Below are positions 19,159 to 31,100 of a stretch of 64,000 nucleotides of DNA, piece by piece (position 1 is the stretch's first letter; the number at the start of each line of letters is the position of its first letter). The notes under the pieces were generated by a model that saw only the letters and a program-made list of their open reading frames with translations, did no database searches and was not told where the DNA came from. This DNA is from Thermoplasmata archaeon (GTDB lineage: Archaea > Thermoplasmatota > Thermoplasmata > GCA-020350865). The stretch is from positions 3,758,495-3,822,494 of the forward strand of contig CP070751.1 in NCBI GenBank assembly GCA_020348445.1, given 5' to 3'. The translations under genes were made by a program, and so were the position numbers.

Positions 19159-19584
19159 TTAAGACGAAATATCCACAACCTTGATTTTAAAGTTCAGGCT
19201 CTCTCCTGCCAAAGGATGATTCATATCTATTGTTACCATTTCCTCTGTTACTTCTGATACCCGAACTGGCATCTGCAGGCCATTTGGAAGGGCCACAACC
19301 AACATCATCCCGCAAACCACACCGGGTGGCACTTGGTCTTTTGGGACCTTCTGGACAAGCTGAGGATTTCTGTCGCCGTACGCTTCGGACGGCCCAAGCT
19401 TGAATTCCTTTTCCTCCCCAGTTTCCATTCCAATTACAGCATTTTCAAAACCAGGGATTATTTGCCCCGTCCCCACCTCAAATTCTAAAGGTTCGCCGTG
19501 TTTTTTGGAACTATCAAATACGGTTCCATCGTCCAAGGTCCCTTCATATTCCACTTTTACTTTATCCCCATTTTTTACTGGCAT
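19159..19584 (-). CDS. slyD: FKBP-type PPIase, SlyD-like (second tandem copy)
   Basis: Same motifs (DMNHPLAGESLNF); start ATG 19584 after GGAGA. Confidence 0.92.
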   Translation of the reverse strand: MPVKNGDKVKVEYEGTLDDGTVFDSSKKHGEPLEFEVGTGQIIPGFENAVIGMETGEEKEFKLGPSEAYGDRNPQLVQKVPKDQVPPGVVCGMMLVVALPNGLQMPVRVSEVTEEMVTIDMNHPLAGESLNFKIKVVDISS

Positions 19585-19752
19585 AAAGTCATCTCCATAA
19601 TCGCAAAACAAGTAAAAAACCAATTTTACGATCTTTTAGACCTACAGGTTAATTTTATTTAAGCCTTTGGTTACAATTATCGGCCAGGGGAAAAATAGGA
19701 ATAATCTGTCTATAATCCGGTAATTAGCCTGGAGTTCTATATAAAGTGACTT

Positions 19753-20199
19753 TCAGTACATCTTATACGGGCTCGGTCCCAGAGATTTAATGGTATCAGT
19801 GAAATCCTTCATCAGCTCAGCAAATCTCTGTCCCTCGGAGGCAGATACCCATTCCAGGCGGTATCGCTCGGGCTCGATTCCAAGGTCCTCTAACATTAGA
19901 AAGAGGGCATCTGCCCTTTTTTCTGCCTTAAGGTTACCCTCTAGGTAATGGCAATCCCCTGGGTGGCAGCCGCACATGAGCACTCCGTCGGCACCTTTTG
20001 AGAGTGCATCGATAACAAGGTTTGGATGCACCATGCCAGAGCACATTACACGAATTATACGTATATTGTGGGGGTATTGCAGTCTAGAAGTACCTGCCAA
20101 ATCAGCCCCTGTATATGAACACCAATTGCAGCATATTGCCAGTATTAACGGCTCGAATTCCTCTTCTTGCGTTACACCCTCAGCAGCCCCTTCTTCCAT
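19753..20199 (-). CDS. mvhD: MvhD-type [2Fe-2S] subunit, stand-alone
   Basis: CCNWCSY, RVMCSG, GCHPGDCHY, LEWVSASEG. Confidence 0.95.
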   Translation of the reverse strand: MEEGAAEGVTQEEEFEPLILAICCNWCSYTGADLAGTSRLQYPHNIRIIRVMCSGMVHPNLVIDALSKGADGVLMCGCHPGDCHYLEGNLKAEKRADALFLMLEDLGIEPERYRLEWVSASEGQRFAELMKDFTDTIKSLGPSPYKMY

Positions 20200-23100
20200 T
20201 TATACCACCTCCAGTGCAGCTCCAATCATTGCAGATATTTGATCCAGTGTAAAACCTTTGACCATAACGCCCCTCTTCGGGCATGTGGCCATGCACACAC
20301 CGCAGCCCTTACAAGCAGCCTCGTTTCGCTCCACAGTCTTCTTCACATTTCCGTTTCTCATGTACTCTATCAACGTCAGAGCATTGAATGGGCAGGGATC
20401 AATACAATATGCACATCCATCACAGTTTTCGTCGATGATCTCCGATATCGTTGGCTCAAGCTCCATGATCTCATCAGAAAGAATCGTGCATGCCCTGGAT
20501 ACAGCTCCACAAGCCTGGGATATACTCTCATCAATGAATTTTGGGCTGTGTGCCAGGCCACATAAAAACACCCCTTCGGTTGCGAAGTCCACGGGCCGAA
20601 GTTTCATATGGGCCTCCAGGAAGAACTTGTCCTTTGAGAGCGGGATCTTGAGCATCTTAGCCAATTCTTCATTATCTGGCTGCGGCAAAGTGGCTGCTGA
20701 AAGCACCACATATTCTGGTTTTATTTTGATATGCTCTCCTAGGATCGGATCGTTTATAGATACTACCAGATCATCGCCTTCTTTGGTAACCTCAGGTTTG
20801 TTTTCGTCATCGTACCTAATGAACCTCACTCCCTTGTCAGCAGCTTCCCTGTAGTAGTCCTCCCTGAAACCATAAGATCTGATGTCCTTGTAGAGTACGA
20901 TTATTTGAGCATCTGGATTCTTTTCCTTGATCTTCAAGGCATTTTTAATGGCATCTGCACAGCATATCCTGCTGCAGTAAGGTCTTTCCTCTATCCTTGA
21001 GCCAACGCATTGGATCATTACAACACTGTTTGGTTTGATTTCATCCTTAGCAAGTTTCCCCTCAAGGTCCATTTGGGTAAGAACGCGGCTATCTTCCCTG
21101 TATAAATATTCAGTAGGTTTGTATTCTTGACCTCCTGTAGCTACAATAACAACTCCATGCTCGATTTTTGTGTCATCGGAAAGTTCGGTTGTGAAGCTGC
21201 CCATGAATCCTTCTATGCTTTTTACAGTGGTTTCAAGATGTAACTTTATTTTATCGTCATTTTTAACCTTCTCGATAATCTCCTTTAACATCTTCTGCGG
21301 ATCCTCACCTTTCTCGCTTAACACATGGTAAATATTTCTGAGATTTCCCCCGAGCTCCTTCTCCCTTTCCACAAGATGAACTTCAAATCCCTGCTTTGCC
21401 ATCTCAAGTGCTGCGGTCATGCCAGAAAGTCCACCACCTATGACAAGTCCAGATTGGAATACATTCAGTTCCAGTTTATACAATGGCTCAAGCAGTCTTG
21501 ATTTTGCTACAGCCATTCTAACGAGGTCCTTTGCCTTTTTAGTAGCGTTATCAGCATCATGCATGTGCACCCATGAGCACTGGTCCCTGATATTTGCCAT
21601 TTCAAAGAGATAGGGATTCAATCCACCTTCCTTTGTGGTGCTCCTGAAAAGAGGCTCATGGGTTCTTGGTGTGCATGATGCCACGATTACTCTGTTCAGG
21701 TTGTGCTCCACAATTTTCTCCTTGATTCCCTTTTGGGTGTCCTCGGAACAGGTATAGAGGTTGTGTTCGGCATGTTCAACATTTGGTAACGTTTTTGCAT
21801 ATTCCACGACATCTGGAACGTTCACCACACCACCGATGTTGATTCCACAGTGGCAGATAAAGACTCCGATTCTGGGATCCTCACCTAAAACATCCCTTTC
21901 TGGTGGGTACTCCTTGGGAGTGATCATCTTCCCTCTCTCAGAGGAGATAATGGATGATGCTTTGGCTGCTGCTCCACTTGCCTGGGCCACCGTATCTGGG
22001 ATGTCCTTGGGACCGTTGAAAACACCGCTCACATAAACTCCTTCCCTTGATGTTTCCAAGGGTGAGAAAACTCCAGTTGAGCAGAAGTCATACTTGTTCA
22101 AATCAATACCCAGTGTCTCTGCAAATTCCTTCACGTTTTCAGGGGGTCTGAAACCTGTGGATAAAACAACCATGTTGAATTCTTCTTCCTTAACCTCCCC
22201 ATCTTCTACATATTTGATTATGAGGTTGTTAGTTTCAGGTACCTCACGAACCTCGGCCACCCTGCATCGTGTGAACTTGATCTTGTGCTCCTCCTGGGCT
22301 CTCGTGTAGTAATCATCGAATTCCTTACCAAAGGCTCTCAGGTCCATGAAGAAAATATGGGATTTCAAGCCCTCTGAATGCTCCTGAGCAATTATCGCCT
22401 CTTTCATTGCGAACATGCAACATACTGAGGAACAATATTCGCTTCCTGCTTGGCTGTCTCTGCTTCCCACGCATTGTAAGAACGCCACCTTTTCTGGAAT
22501 GTCCCCGTCAGAAGGTCGCATCACTGTACCTGCGAAGGGTCCTGTTGCAGAAAGGAATCTTTCAAATTCCATACTCGATACTACATTCTTGTATCTGCCG
22601 TAGCCATATTCGGTTTTCAGAGAAGGATCGAACATACTATATCCCGGGGATAAAACGATGGAACCCACATTCAAATCGAACTTCTGCTCCTCTTGGTCGT
22701 ACTCCACTGCCTCGGCCTTGCATTCCTCCTGGCAGATGCCGCATCCTATGCATTTTTCCTTGTCTATCATGAATTTCAGAGGAACTGATTGAGGGTAACG
22801 AATAAAGGTCGCCCCCCTTCTAGTCAATCCCCAGTTGTACTCATCTATTGCTTCAACGGGACATTTTGCACCACAGACTCCGCATCCTGTACATTTTTCT
22901 TCATTGATCCTCCTTGGCCTTCTTACGAGATTAACGTTGAAATTTCCTGCCTCACCTTCAATTGATTCGATCTCTGTGTTGCTGATGACCTCGATATTAT
23001 GATGTCTTCCCGTTCCCACGAGCTTTGGAGCCATGATGCACATGGCGCAGTCGTTTGTTGGAAAGGTTTTATCCAACTGGGACATCACACCTCCTATTGA

Positions 23101-23217
23101 GGGGAGCTTATCTATTAGATAAACCTTGAATCCTGCATCTGCAAGATCAAGTGATGATTGCATTCCGGAAATTCCACCCCCGACAACAAGAACCGCTCCC
23201 ACCTTATCATTGCTCAT
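20200..23217 (-). CDS. hdrA: two-FAD HdrA-family flavoprotein (BamE-like / QmoA+QmoB-like), copy 1
   Basis: Two GGGxSG FAD motifs; FPTNDCAMC; CVGSR...CSSVCC; IGVFICHCG; inserted and C-terminal 2x[4Fe-4S] ferredoxin motifs. Confidence 0.95.
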   Translation of the reverse strand: MSNDKVGAVLVVGGGISGMQSSLDLADAGFKVYLIDKLPSIGGVMSQLDKTFPTNDCAMCIMAPKLVGTGRHHNIEVISNTEIESIEGEAGNFNVNLVRRPRRINEEKCTGCGVCGAKCPVEAIDEYNWGLTRRGATFIRYPQSVPLKFMIDKEKCIGCGICQEECKAEAVEYDQEEQKFDLNVGSIVLSPGYSMFDPSLKTEYGYGRYKNVVSSMEFERFLSATGPFAGTVMRPSDGDIPEKVAFLQCVGSRDSQAGSEYCSSVCCMFAMKEAIIAQEHSEGLKSHIFFMDLRAFGKEFDDYYTRAQEEHKIKFTRCRVAEVREVPETNNLIIKYVEDGEVKEEEFNMVVLSTGFRPPENVKEFAETLGIDLNKYDFCSTGVFSPLETSREGVYVSGVFNGPKDIPDTVAQASGAAAKASSIISSERGKMITPKEYPPERDVLGEDPRIGVFICHCGINIGGVVNVPDVVEYAKTLPNVEHAEHNLYTCSEDTQKGIKEKIVEHNLNRVIVASCTPRTHEPLFRSTTKEGGLNPYLFEMANIRDQCSWVHMHDADNATKKAKDLVRMAVAKSRLLEPLYKLELNVFQSGLVIGGGLSGMTAALEMAKQGFEVHLVEREKELGGNLRNIYHVLSEKGEDPQKMLKEIIEKVKNDDKIKLHLETTVKSIEGFMGSFTTELSDDTKIEHGVVIVATGGQEYKPTEYLYREDSRVLTQMDLEGKLAKDEIKPNSVVMIQCVGSRIEERPYCSRICCADAIKNALKIKEKNPDAQIIVLYKDIRSYGFREDYYREAADKGVRFIRYDDENKPEVTKEGDDLVVSINDPILGEHIKIKPEYVVLSAATLPQPDNEELAKMLKIPLSKDKFFLEAHMKLRPVDFATEGVFLCGLAHSPKFIDESISQACGAVSRACTILSDEIMELEPTISEIIDENCDGCAYCIDPCPFNALTLIEYMRNGNVKKTVERNEAACKGCGVCMATCPKRGVMVKGFTLDQISAMIGAALEVV

Positions 23218-24005
23218 GCTTTCACCTCCGGTACAATGGAGATGTATTTGGGTGTAAATCCTTCGATTGAGTCCAGTGCAAGCTGATTTCTCTTTCTAAG
23301 AAAGACCACATGATCCAGAATTCTGTCTGTAGGAAGATCAATCTCAGAGGCGAGCTCCTTTACTGACATTGGTTTTTCGGTAATTAGGCCAAGTAGTCTC
23401 TTCCTTTCAAACTCGGCCTCGATGGCGTCCTCCATAAACTCGTCCCACTCCTCCTGACTCTTGGTTTCATTATATACATTACCCTGTTCCACTATCTTTC
23501 TCTCTTTTGAAACAATGGCTCTGAGTCTGAAATCCAGTGCTGCGAGCTTGGCCGCATTTATATTGGCCATTAGTTTCTCATCCGGTTTCTCTCCAGATAA
23601 CGGGCTCGGCCCCAATTCCTGAATTTGCTTGGGAAATTCTCTCATGAGTATAGCAAATCTTTCACCTTCTGATGCTGCAACCCATTCCATTCTGAGCCTT
23701 TCAGGCTCCAATCCAGCTTTCTTAACAAGCTGTCTCGTCATCTTTATCTTTCTTTCAGCCTGGTAGTTGCCCTCAAGGTAATGGCAGTCTCCAGGGTGGC
23801 ATCCACCTATAAACACACCATCCACACCCTGGGTAAAGGCTTCGAGGACGATATAGGGATCGATTCTTCCTGAACACATGACTCTGATGATCCTGATGTT
23901 TGGAGGATACTGGAATCTGGAAACACCTGCCAAATCGGCTCCTGCATATGAACACCAGTTGCATAAGAAGCCAACAATTTTCGGTTCAAATTCAGTCTCA
24001 GCCAT
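23214..24005 (-). CDS. mvhD: MvhD with C-terminal extension ending in a winged-helix-like domain
   Basis: MvhD Cys motifs plus ~130 aa tail including PMSVKELASEIDLPTDRILDHVVFLRKRN. Confidence 0.9.
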   Translation of the reverse strand: MAETEFEPKIVGFLCNWCSYAGADLAGVSRFQYPPNIRIIRVMCSGRIDPYIVLEAFTQGVDGVFIGGCHPGDCHYLEGNYQAERKIKMTRQLVKKAGLEPERLRMEWVAASEGERFAILMREFPKQIQELGPSPLSGEKPDEKLMANINAAKLAALDFRLRAIVSKERKIVEQGNVYNETKSQEEWDEFMEDAIEAEFERKRLLGLITEKPMSVKELASEIDLPTDRILDHVVFLRKRNQLALDSIEGFTPKYISIVPEVKA

Positions 24006-27000
24006 CTAGTTCACCTCCTTTACAGCAGCAACAACCTGTGCAATAAGTTGCTCGTCAGTGAACTGTTTAATAGAGGCTGCCTTCTCGGGACAACTTGCAG
24101 CGCATGTCCCACAGCCTTTGCAGAGCACTTCGGTTACCCTTGCTATACCATTTTCATCTTTTTCGATTGCATTGAAGGGACATATGACCACGCACGTTCC
24201 GCATCCTGAACATATATCTTCATCTATACTGGAAACCATTCCTTCAGCTTCCAAGGTTTTCTTGGAAAGTATTGTTGCGGCTCTGGAAACAGCTGCACTT
24301 GCCTGGGATACACATTCCTCAAAGAATTTCGGTGAATGGGCAAGCCCGCATAGGAATATACCCTCTGTTGCAAATTCAACTGGACGAAGTTTCATGTGGG
24401 CTTCCAAGAAGAATTTATGTTTGGAAAGGGGCACCTTCAACATCTGTGCCAAATCAGCATTATCTGGGTGAGGGATAGTGGCTGCACTCAAAACTAAAAC
24501 GTCGGGTTTGATTGTTATTTCCTCTCCTAAAAAGGGCTCCCAGATCTTCACCTCCAATCCCTTCTTATCAGCAACCTTTGGCTTGGTTTCGTCATCGTAT
24601 CTTATGAACTTGACTCCATTTTTTGCAGCCTCCTCGTAGAATACCTCGCTGAATCCATATGTTCTTATATCCTTGAATAAGACATAAACACTCGTTGCTG
24701 GATTCATTTCCTTGACCTTCAAGGCGTTCTTCACGGCCTCGGTGCAGCATACCCTGCTGCAATATGGTCTCTCATCATTTCTGCAGCCAACGCATTGAAT
24801 CATCACAACTGTGTCTGCATCCATCTTCTTCTTTGCCAGCTTTCCTTCAAATTCCAGTTGAGTCATTACGTTGTCGTTCTCCCCGTAAAGGTACTCTTTT
24901 GGTTTGTGCTCCATCCCTCCCGTGGCAACTATCACTATACCATGCTCGATTTCCTTTTCTTCGCCATTTTGGTCGATTGTTGTCTTGAAGTTTCCGATGT
25001 AACCAGATATATCCTTTACTGTGCTGTTTGTAAACACATGAATCTTCTTATCTGAATTTACGTTTTTAATCAATTCCTTCAGTTTTTTCTGGACATCCTT
25101 TTTTTCACCCACCATTTCATAGTGGACCCTCTTCATGAGGCCTCCAAGTTCGTTTTCTCTTTCCACAATGAACGCCTCGAAACCTTGTTTTGAAAGCTCC
25201 TGTGCCGCTGTGATACCAGAAAGACCACCGCCTATAACAAGACCTGATGGTTTGACTTCAATTGGGACCCTTGTGAGAGGTTCTAATAATCCTGCCTTTG
25301 CCACCACCATTCGAACCAGGTCTTTTGCCTTCTGTGTGGCTTTTGCAGGTTCATGCATGTGAACCCATGAGCATTGGTCACGAATATTTGCCATCTCGAA
25401 TAAATAAGGATTCAGGCCCGCTTCTGCACACGTATTTTGGAATAAGGGTTGATGGGTTCTTGGAGTACAGGAAGCCACAATAACCCTGTTTAGATTGTTC
25501 TCTTCAATTTTCTCTCGTATTTTTTTCTGGGTATCCTGTGAACATGTATACAAATTGTTCTCTGCATAAGCAACATTCGGTAGGGTCTTTGCATATTCCA
25601 CGACACCAGGCACATCCACAACCCCGCCTATGTTGATTCCGCAGTGGCATATGAAGACACCTATGCGCGGCTCCTCACCACTTACTTCTTTTTCAGGGGG
25701 GTATTCCTTTACTGTAACCAGTTTCCCCCTCTCGGAAGCGATGACAGAAGATGCTTTAGCCGCAGCACCACTAGCCTCTGATACACTATCGGGAATGTCC
25801 TTTGGAGCCCCGAATGCTCCACCCACAAATATACCAGGTTTGGAGGTTTCCAGTGGTGAGAACAGAATGTCTGTTGAGCAAAAATCATATGGATTTAATT
25901 GTACCCCAAGTTTTTCTGAAAGGTCCTTTGCATCCTTTGGTGCCGTCATGCCAACGGCAAGGGCAACCATATCGAAGACCTCCGAGACAAGGTTACCCTT
26001 GTCTATAAAGGTCACCAGCAGATTATTTGTGATAGGATCCTCTGCAATGGATGATATTCTATTGTTTTTAACAAATCTAATGCCGTGTTCTTTTTCTGCC
26101 CTCACATAATAATCGTCGAACTCCTTTCCAAAGGCTCTCATATCCATGAAGAATATGGTGGCTTCCAAACCTGGATTATGCTCTTGAGCAATAACAGCCT
26201 CCTTTATCGCGAACATACAGCATACTGAAGAACAGTAGGGATTACCTATGCTTCTATCCCTGGAACCAACACATTGAACGAAGGCTATCTTCTTTACCAC
26301 TTCACCGTCTGAGGGTCTTAATACTAATCCGCCAAACGGACCCGTTGCAGAAAGCATTCTCTCAAGTTCAAGGCTTGATACAACGTTTGGAAATCGACCA
26401 TAACCGTATTCTTTTCTTTTTTGAACTAAATCGAACTCGTCAAAACCAGGGGAAAGAATGATTGATCCCACTTCCAATACCTTTGTTTCGGGCTCCTGGC
26501 TGTAAACTATGGCCCCGGCTTTGCAAAGTCTCTCACAGTTACCGCAACCAATGCAGTAATCCTTGTCTATTGAAAAAATCAGTGGTACGGCTTGGGGGTA
26601 TTTGACAAATATGGCTTTGCGGACTTTTAATCCTTTATTGTATTCGTCCACCACCTCCACAGGGCATTTTTGTGTACAAATGCCGCACCCTGTACATTTG
26701 CTTTCATCTATGAATCTCGACTTTTTGGAAACAGTGACCTTGAAATTTCCTGCTTTTCCCTCGATTTTGTCGATGGTTGAATTGGTAATCAAATCTATGT
26801 TCCTATGTCGTCCAGTTTCCACCAATTTTGGGGCCATTATACACATTGCACAGTCATTTGTTGGGAATGTTTTGTCAAGCTGGGCCATGGCTCCACCAAT
26901 ACTAGGACTCTTGTCCACAAGATAGACTCGATATCCTGAATCCGCCAGATCCAATGAGGACTGCATCCCTGCAATACCGCCTCCGACGACCATAACTGCT

Positions 27001-27017
27001 CCAACAGAGTCTGTCAT
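24006..27017 (-). CDS. hdrA: two-FAD HdrA-family flavoprotein, copy 2
   Basis: Same motif set as copy 1. Confidence 0.95.
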   Translation of the reverse strand: MTDSVGAVMVVGGGIAGMQSSLDLADSGYRVYLVDKSPSIGGAMAQLDKTFPTNDCAMCIMAPKLVETGRHRNIDLITNSTIDKIEGKAGNFKVTVSKKSRFIDESKCTGCGICTQKCPVEVVDEYNKGLKVRKAIFVKYPQAVPLIFSIDKDYCIGCGNCERLCKAGAIVYSQEPETKVLEVGSIILSPGFDEFDLVQKRKEYGYGRFPNVVSSLELERMLSATGPFGGLVLRPSDGEVVKKIAFVQCVGSRDRSIGNPYCSSVCCMFAIKEAVIAQEHNPGLEATIFFMDMRAFGKEFDDYYVRAEKEHGIRFVKNNRISSIAEDPITNNLLVTFIDKGNLVSEVFDMVALAVGMTAPKDAKDLSEKLGVQLNPYDFCSTDILFSPLETSKPGIFVGGAFGAPKDIPDSVSEASGAAAKASSVIASERGKLVTVKEYPPEKEVSGEEPRIGVFICHCGINIGGVVDVPGVVEYAKTLPNVAYAENNLYTCSQDTQKKIREKIEENNLNRVIVASCTPRTHQPLFQNTCAEAGLNPYLFEMANIRDQCSWVHMHEPAKATQKAKDLVRMVVAKAGLLEPLTRVPIEVKPSGLVIGGGLSGITAAQELSKQGFEAFIVERENELGGLMKRVHYEMVGEKKDVQKKLKELIKNVNSDKKIHVFTNSTVKDISGYIGNFKTTIDQNGEEKEIEHGIVIVATGGMEHKPKEYLYGENDNVMTQLEFEGKLAKKKMDADTVVMIQCVGCRNDERPYCSRVCCTEAVKNALKVKEMNPATSVYVLFKDIRTYGFSEVFYEEAAKNGVKFIRYDDETKPKVADKKGLEVKIWEPFLGEEITIKPDVLVLSAATIPHPDNADLAQMLKVPLSKHKFFLEAHMKLRPVEFATEGIFLCGLAHSPKFFEECVSQASAAVSRAATILSKKTLEAEGMVSSIDEDICSGCGTCVVICPFNAIEKDENGIARVTEVLCKGCGTCAASCPEKAASIKQFTDEQLIAQVVAAVKEVN

Positions 27018-27799
27018 GCCTCCACCTCCTGGGTTTGAGCTAGGTACATTGGTGTTGTACCTTCGATACCCTCTAGTCTAATCAGATTCCTGTCCCTCAA
27101 TGTAACGATATGTTTAAGAATGTCCCTTGAAGGGACTTTCATCTTATCAGCAAGCCCTTTGACAGATTGTGGTTTGTCTTTAGCTAGAAGAAGGATTCTT
27201 GTACGTACGAGCTCTTCATCGATTGCATTTTCCATCAACTCATCTATCCTTTCCTGGGGTATTTTTTCATCATAGACGTTTTCCTTTTCAACCAGAGCAA
27301 GCTCTTTGCCAACAAGTGTTCTTAACCTGAAATCTTCTACAGCGTTTCTTGCGGCATAAAGGGATTCCATGATTAGCAAATTGGGTTTCTCTCCAGCTAC
27401 TGGATTTGGTCCCAAGGATCTGACCTGTTCTGTGAAATCCCTCATGGTCTTGGCAAATCTCTCACCTTCGGAGGCGGCTATCCATTCAAGGCTTAATCTC
27501 TCTGGTTCGAGACCGGACTTTGCAAGGACCTTCTTCAGCATTTTCACTCTCCTCTCAGTATGATAATTCCCCTCCATGTAATGGCAATCACCTGGGTGAC
27601 ATCCGCCAATGAGCACCCCGTCAGCACCTTGGATGAACATCTCGATAACAAACAGGGGATCAACCCTACCGGAGCACATCACCCTCACGATTCTGATATT
27701 GGGTGGATACTGAAATCTGCTAACACCTGCCAAATCTGCTCCTGCGTAACTACACCAATTGCACAAGAAACCAACAATCTTCGGTTCAAATGCCTTCAT
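27014..27799 (-). CDS. mvhD: MvhD-wHTH fusion
   Basis: MvhD motifs plus PQSVKGLADKMKVPSRDILKHIVTLRDRN. Confidence 0.9.
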   Translation of the reverse strand: MKAFEPKIVGFLCNWCSYAGADLAGVSRFQYPPNIRIVRVMCSGRVDPLFVIEMFIQGADGVLIGGCHPGDCHYMEGNYHTERRVKMLKKVLAKSGLEPERLSLEWIAASEGERFAKTMRDFTEQVRSLGPNPVAGEKPNLLIMESLYAARNAVEDFRLRTLVGKELALVEKENVYDEKIPQERIDELMENAIDEELVRTRILLLAKDKPQSVKGLADKMKVPSRDILKHIVTLRDRNLIRLEGIEGTTPMYLAQTQEVEA

Positions 27800-27822
27800 C
27801 TTCTACACCCCTATTTTTATTA

Positions 27823-28107
27823 TCACTCATCCTCCACTCCCGACATCAATCCTCTTACACAAACTGAGAAATTACATGAATCTGATCTTGCCCTCTCACA
27901 GTAATGACATCTTAAAGTCAGAAGCACTTCTCTTACGATCCATTCCTTTGTCTCGTCATCAACATCTGGAAGGTTCTTTTTAATCTCCATAATACTTTTA
28001 CTCTGTACATCCTTCCATTTTGGTTGTGTTGATAGGTGCATTCTCTTTTTCCATGCATTCCTCATCTCTTCGATCTTCTTTTGTTCTTCTTCGTTTAATT
28101 CACTCAA
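27823..28107 (-). CDS. small Cx2Cx7Cx4C protein, copy X1
   Basis: LTLRCHYCERARSDSCNFSVCVRGL; TTG start after GGAGGGA; four paralogs in the window. Confidence 0.9.
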   Translation of the reverse strand: MSELNEEEQKKIEEMRNAWKKRMHLSTQPKWKDVQSKSIMEIKKNLPDVDDETKEWIVREVLLTLRCHYCERARSDSCNFSVCVRGLMSGVEDE

Positions 28108-31100
28108 GTTGATCCCTCCTTTAGGGCAGCAATGGCCTGAGAGAGAAGTTGAATGTCGGTGAAATGTGCAATATCTATGGCCTTCTCAGGGCATGCTGCG
28201 CCACAAGTCCCGCATCCCTTGCATAGAACCTCGGCTACCTTTGCCTTCAATTCTTCCATATCAACTCTAATTGCACCATATGGACATACCATCTCGCAGG
28301 TTCCACACCCTGTACATTTATCCTCGTTAACTGAAGATACAGTGCCTTCCACAAAGAGTTTTTCCTTGGATAGGATGGTGGCTGCTCTTGATACTGCTGC
28401 ACTTGATTGAGCAACACATTCCTCGAAGAATTTTGGTGAATGAGCAAGACCACAAAGGAATATACCTTCTGTTGCAAATTCTACTGGGCGAAGTTTCATA
28501 TGTGCTTCCAAAAAGAATTTGTGCTTGCTGAGGGGGACCTTCAATATCTGTGCCAAATCTGTATTATCCGTGTGAGGGATCGTTGCTGCACTCAGAATTA
28601 ATAGGTCTGGTCGAAGCACCAGGTCCTCGTTAAGGAATTGCTCTTTGATCTTTACCTCAATTCCTTTTTTATCGCTTACCTTGGGCTTTGTTTCATCATC
28701 GTATCTAATGAACTTTATACCCTTTCTCGCTGCTTCCTCATAAAATATCTCGCTGAATCCATAGGTTCTGATGTCCTTGAATAGAACATATATGTTTGCA
28801 TCTGGTTTTAATTCCTTTATGTTCAAGGCGTTTTTCACCGCCTCGGTACAGCAAACCCTGCTGCAATAAGGTCTCTCTGGCGTTCTGGAACCTACACATT
28901 GAATCATCACTATCGTGTTTGCATCGATTTTTTGCTCTTTAGCCATTTTTTCTTCCAGCTCGAGCTGAGTTAGAACGTTTTCGTTTTTACCATAGAGGTA
29001 TTCAGAGGGCTTGTACTCCTCCCCTCCAGTAGAGACTATGACGATTCCATGTTCGATTTCCTTATCTTCACCGTTATGATCTATTATTGTTTTGAAGTTG
29101 CCAATATATCCGGATACATCTTTTACAGTGCTATTTGTGAATACATGGATTCTTTCATCAGAATCGATGTTCATGACGATTTCTTTCAATTTCTTTTGTA
29201 TGTCTTTTTGCTCGCCCATTAATTCGTGATGTATTCTCTTCATGAGTCCTCCAAGCTCATTCTCTCTCTCAACGATAAAGGCTTCATAACCTTGTTTGGA
29301 TAGTTCCAAGGCTGAATTCATACCGCTTATCCCACCACCTATGACCAAGGCAGATGGTTTTACTTCAATGGGAACCTTTGGCAATGGTGAATTCAATCTT
29401 GCCTTGGTTACAGCCATTCTAACTAAATCCTTTGCTTTCTCTGTAGCGGCATCAGGTTCTCGCATATGAACCCATGAGCACTGATCACGAATATTAGCCA
29501 TCTCGAAAAGATACGGATTTAATCCTGCTTCTGCCACCGTATTTTGGAACAATGGTTGATGGGTCCTTGGGGTGCAAGAAGCCACTATCACCCTATTCAG
29601 CCCATGCTCCTCGATTTTTTCTTTTATCTTTTGTTGAGTATCCTGTGAGCAGGTGTAAAGGTTATTCTCAGCATATGCTACGTTCGGCATAGTTTTTGCA
29701 TACTCAACCACATCGGGTACATCCACTACACCGCCGATGTTGATGCCACAATGACAAACAAAAACGCCTATACGAGGTTCCTCCTCACCTATCTCTCTCT
29801 CAGGCGGGTACTCCTTTACAGTTACCAATTTCCCCCGCTCAGAGGAAATAACTGACGATGCTTTTGCTGCCGCGCCACTTGCCTCTGATACACTGTCGGG
29901 AATGTCCTTTGGTGCCCCAAATGCCCCACCAACAAATATTCCTGGGCGTGAGGTCTCTAACGGGGAAAATAAAATATCTGTTGAGCAAAAATTATATTCA
30001 TTCAAATCTACATTAAGCTTCTCGCTGAGGTTCTTTGCATCTTTAGGTGCCGTCATCCCAACTGCAAGTGTTACGAGGTCGAACTCTTCTGTGACAAGTT
30101 CCCCCTCTTCGATATAGTTTATAATCAAATTATTGGTATTTGGATTTTCAGCGATTGCGGATATCCTATTGTTCTTTACGAACCTTATACCGTGCTCTTT
30201 CTCAGCTCTGATATAATAATCATCGAACTCCTTACCAAAGGCTCGCATGTCCATGAAGAATATAGTGGCTTCCAACCCAGGGTTATGTTCCTGAGCTATC
30301 ACCGCCTCTTTTATTGCGAACATACAGCATACAGAGGAGCAGTATGGATTGCCAATTGATCTATCGCGGGAACCAACGCACTGGATGAACGCCATCTTCT
30401 TTGAGACCTTTCCGTCAGAAGGTCTTAGAACCAGTCCCCCATAAGGACCTGTTGCGCTCAACATGCGCTCTAGCTCAAGACTTGATACCACATTCAGATA
30501 TTTTCCATAACCGTACTCTTTGCGTTTTTTGGTGAGGTCGAACTCATCGAAGCCTGGCGTGACGATAATAGAGCCCACCTCCAGTTGCATTTTTTCCTCG
30601 GTTTGATCATACGCAATGGCCCCTGCTCCACAAACCTCGGAGCAGACGCCGCATCCGATACATATATCCTTATCGATAGCATACACTGACGGCACAGCTT
30701 GGGGATACCTAACAAAAATTGCTTTTCTAAGTTTGAATCCTTTATTGTACTCATCTGGCACCTCAACGGGGCATCTTTGGGTACATATTCCACAACCCGT
30801 ACATTTTGTCTCATCCACTCGTCGAGAGTGTTTTGATATAGTGACCGTAAAATGCCCTGCATCACCCACAACCTCTTCCATATCTGCGTTGGTTATCAAC
30901 TTAATATTTTGATGTCTTCCCGTCTCTACCAATTTTGGAGCCATTATACACATGGCACAATCGTTGGTAGGGAAAGTTTTATCCAATTGGGACATAGCCC
31001 CTCCGATGGTTGGTGATTTTTCCAATAAATATACTTTAAATCCTGAATCCGCTAGATCAAGAGATGATTGCATGCCGGAAATTCCTCCTCCGATGACCAA

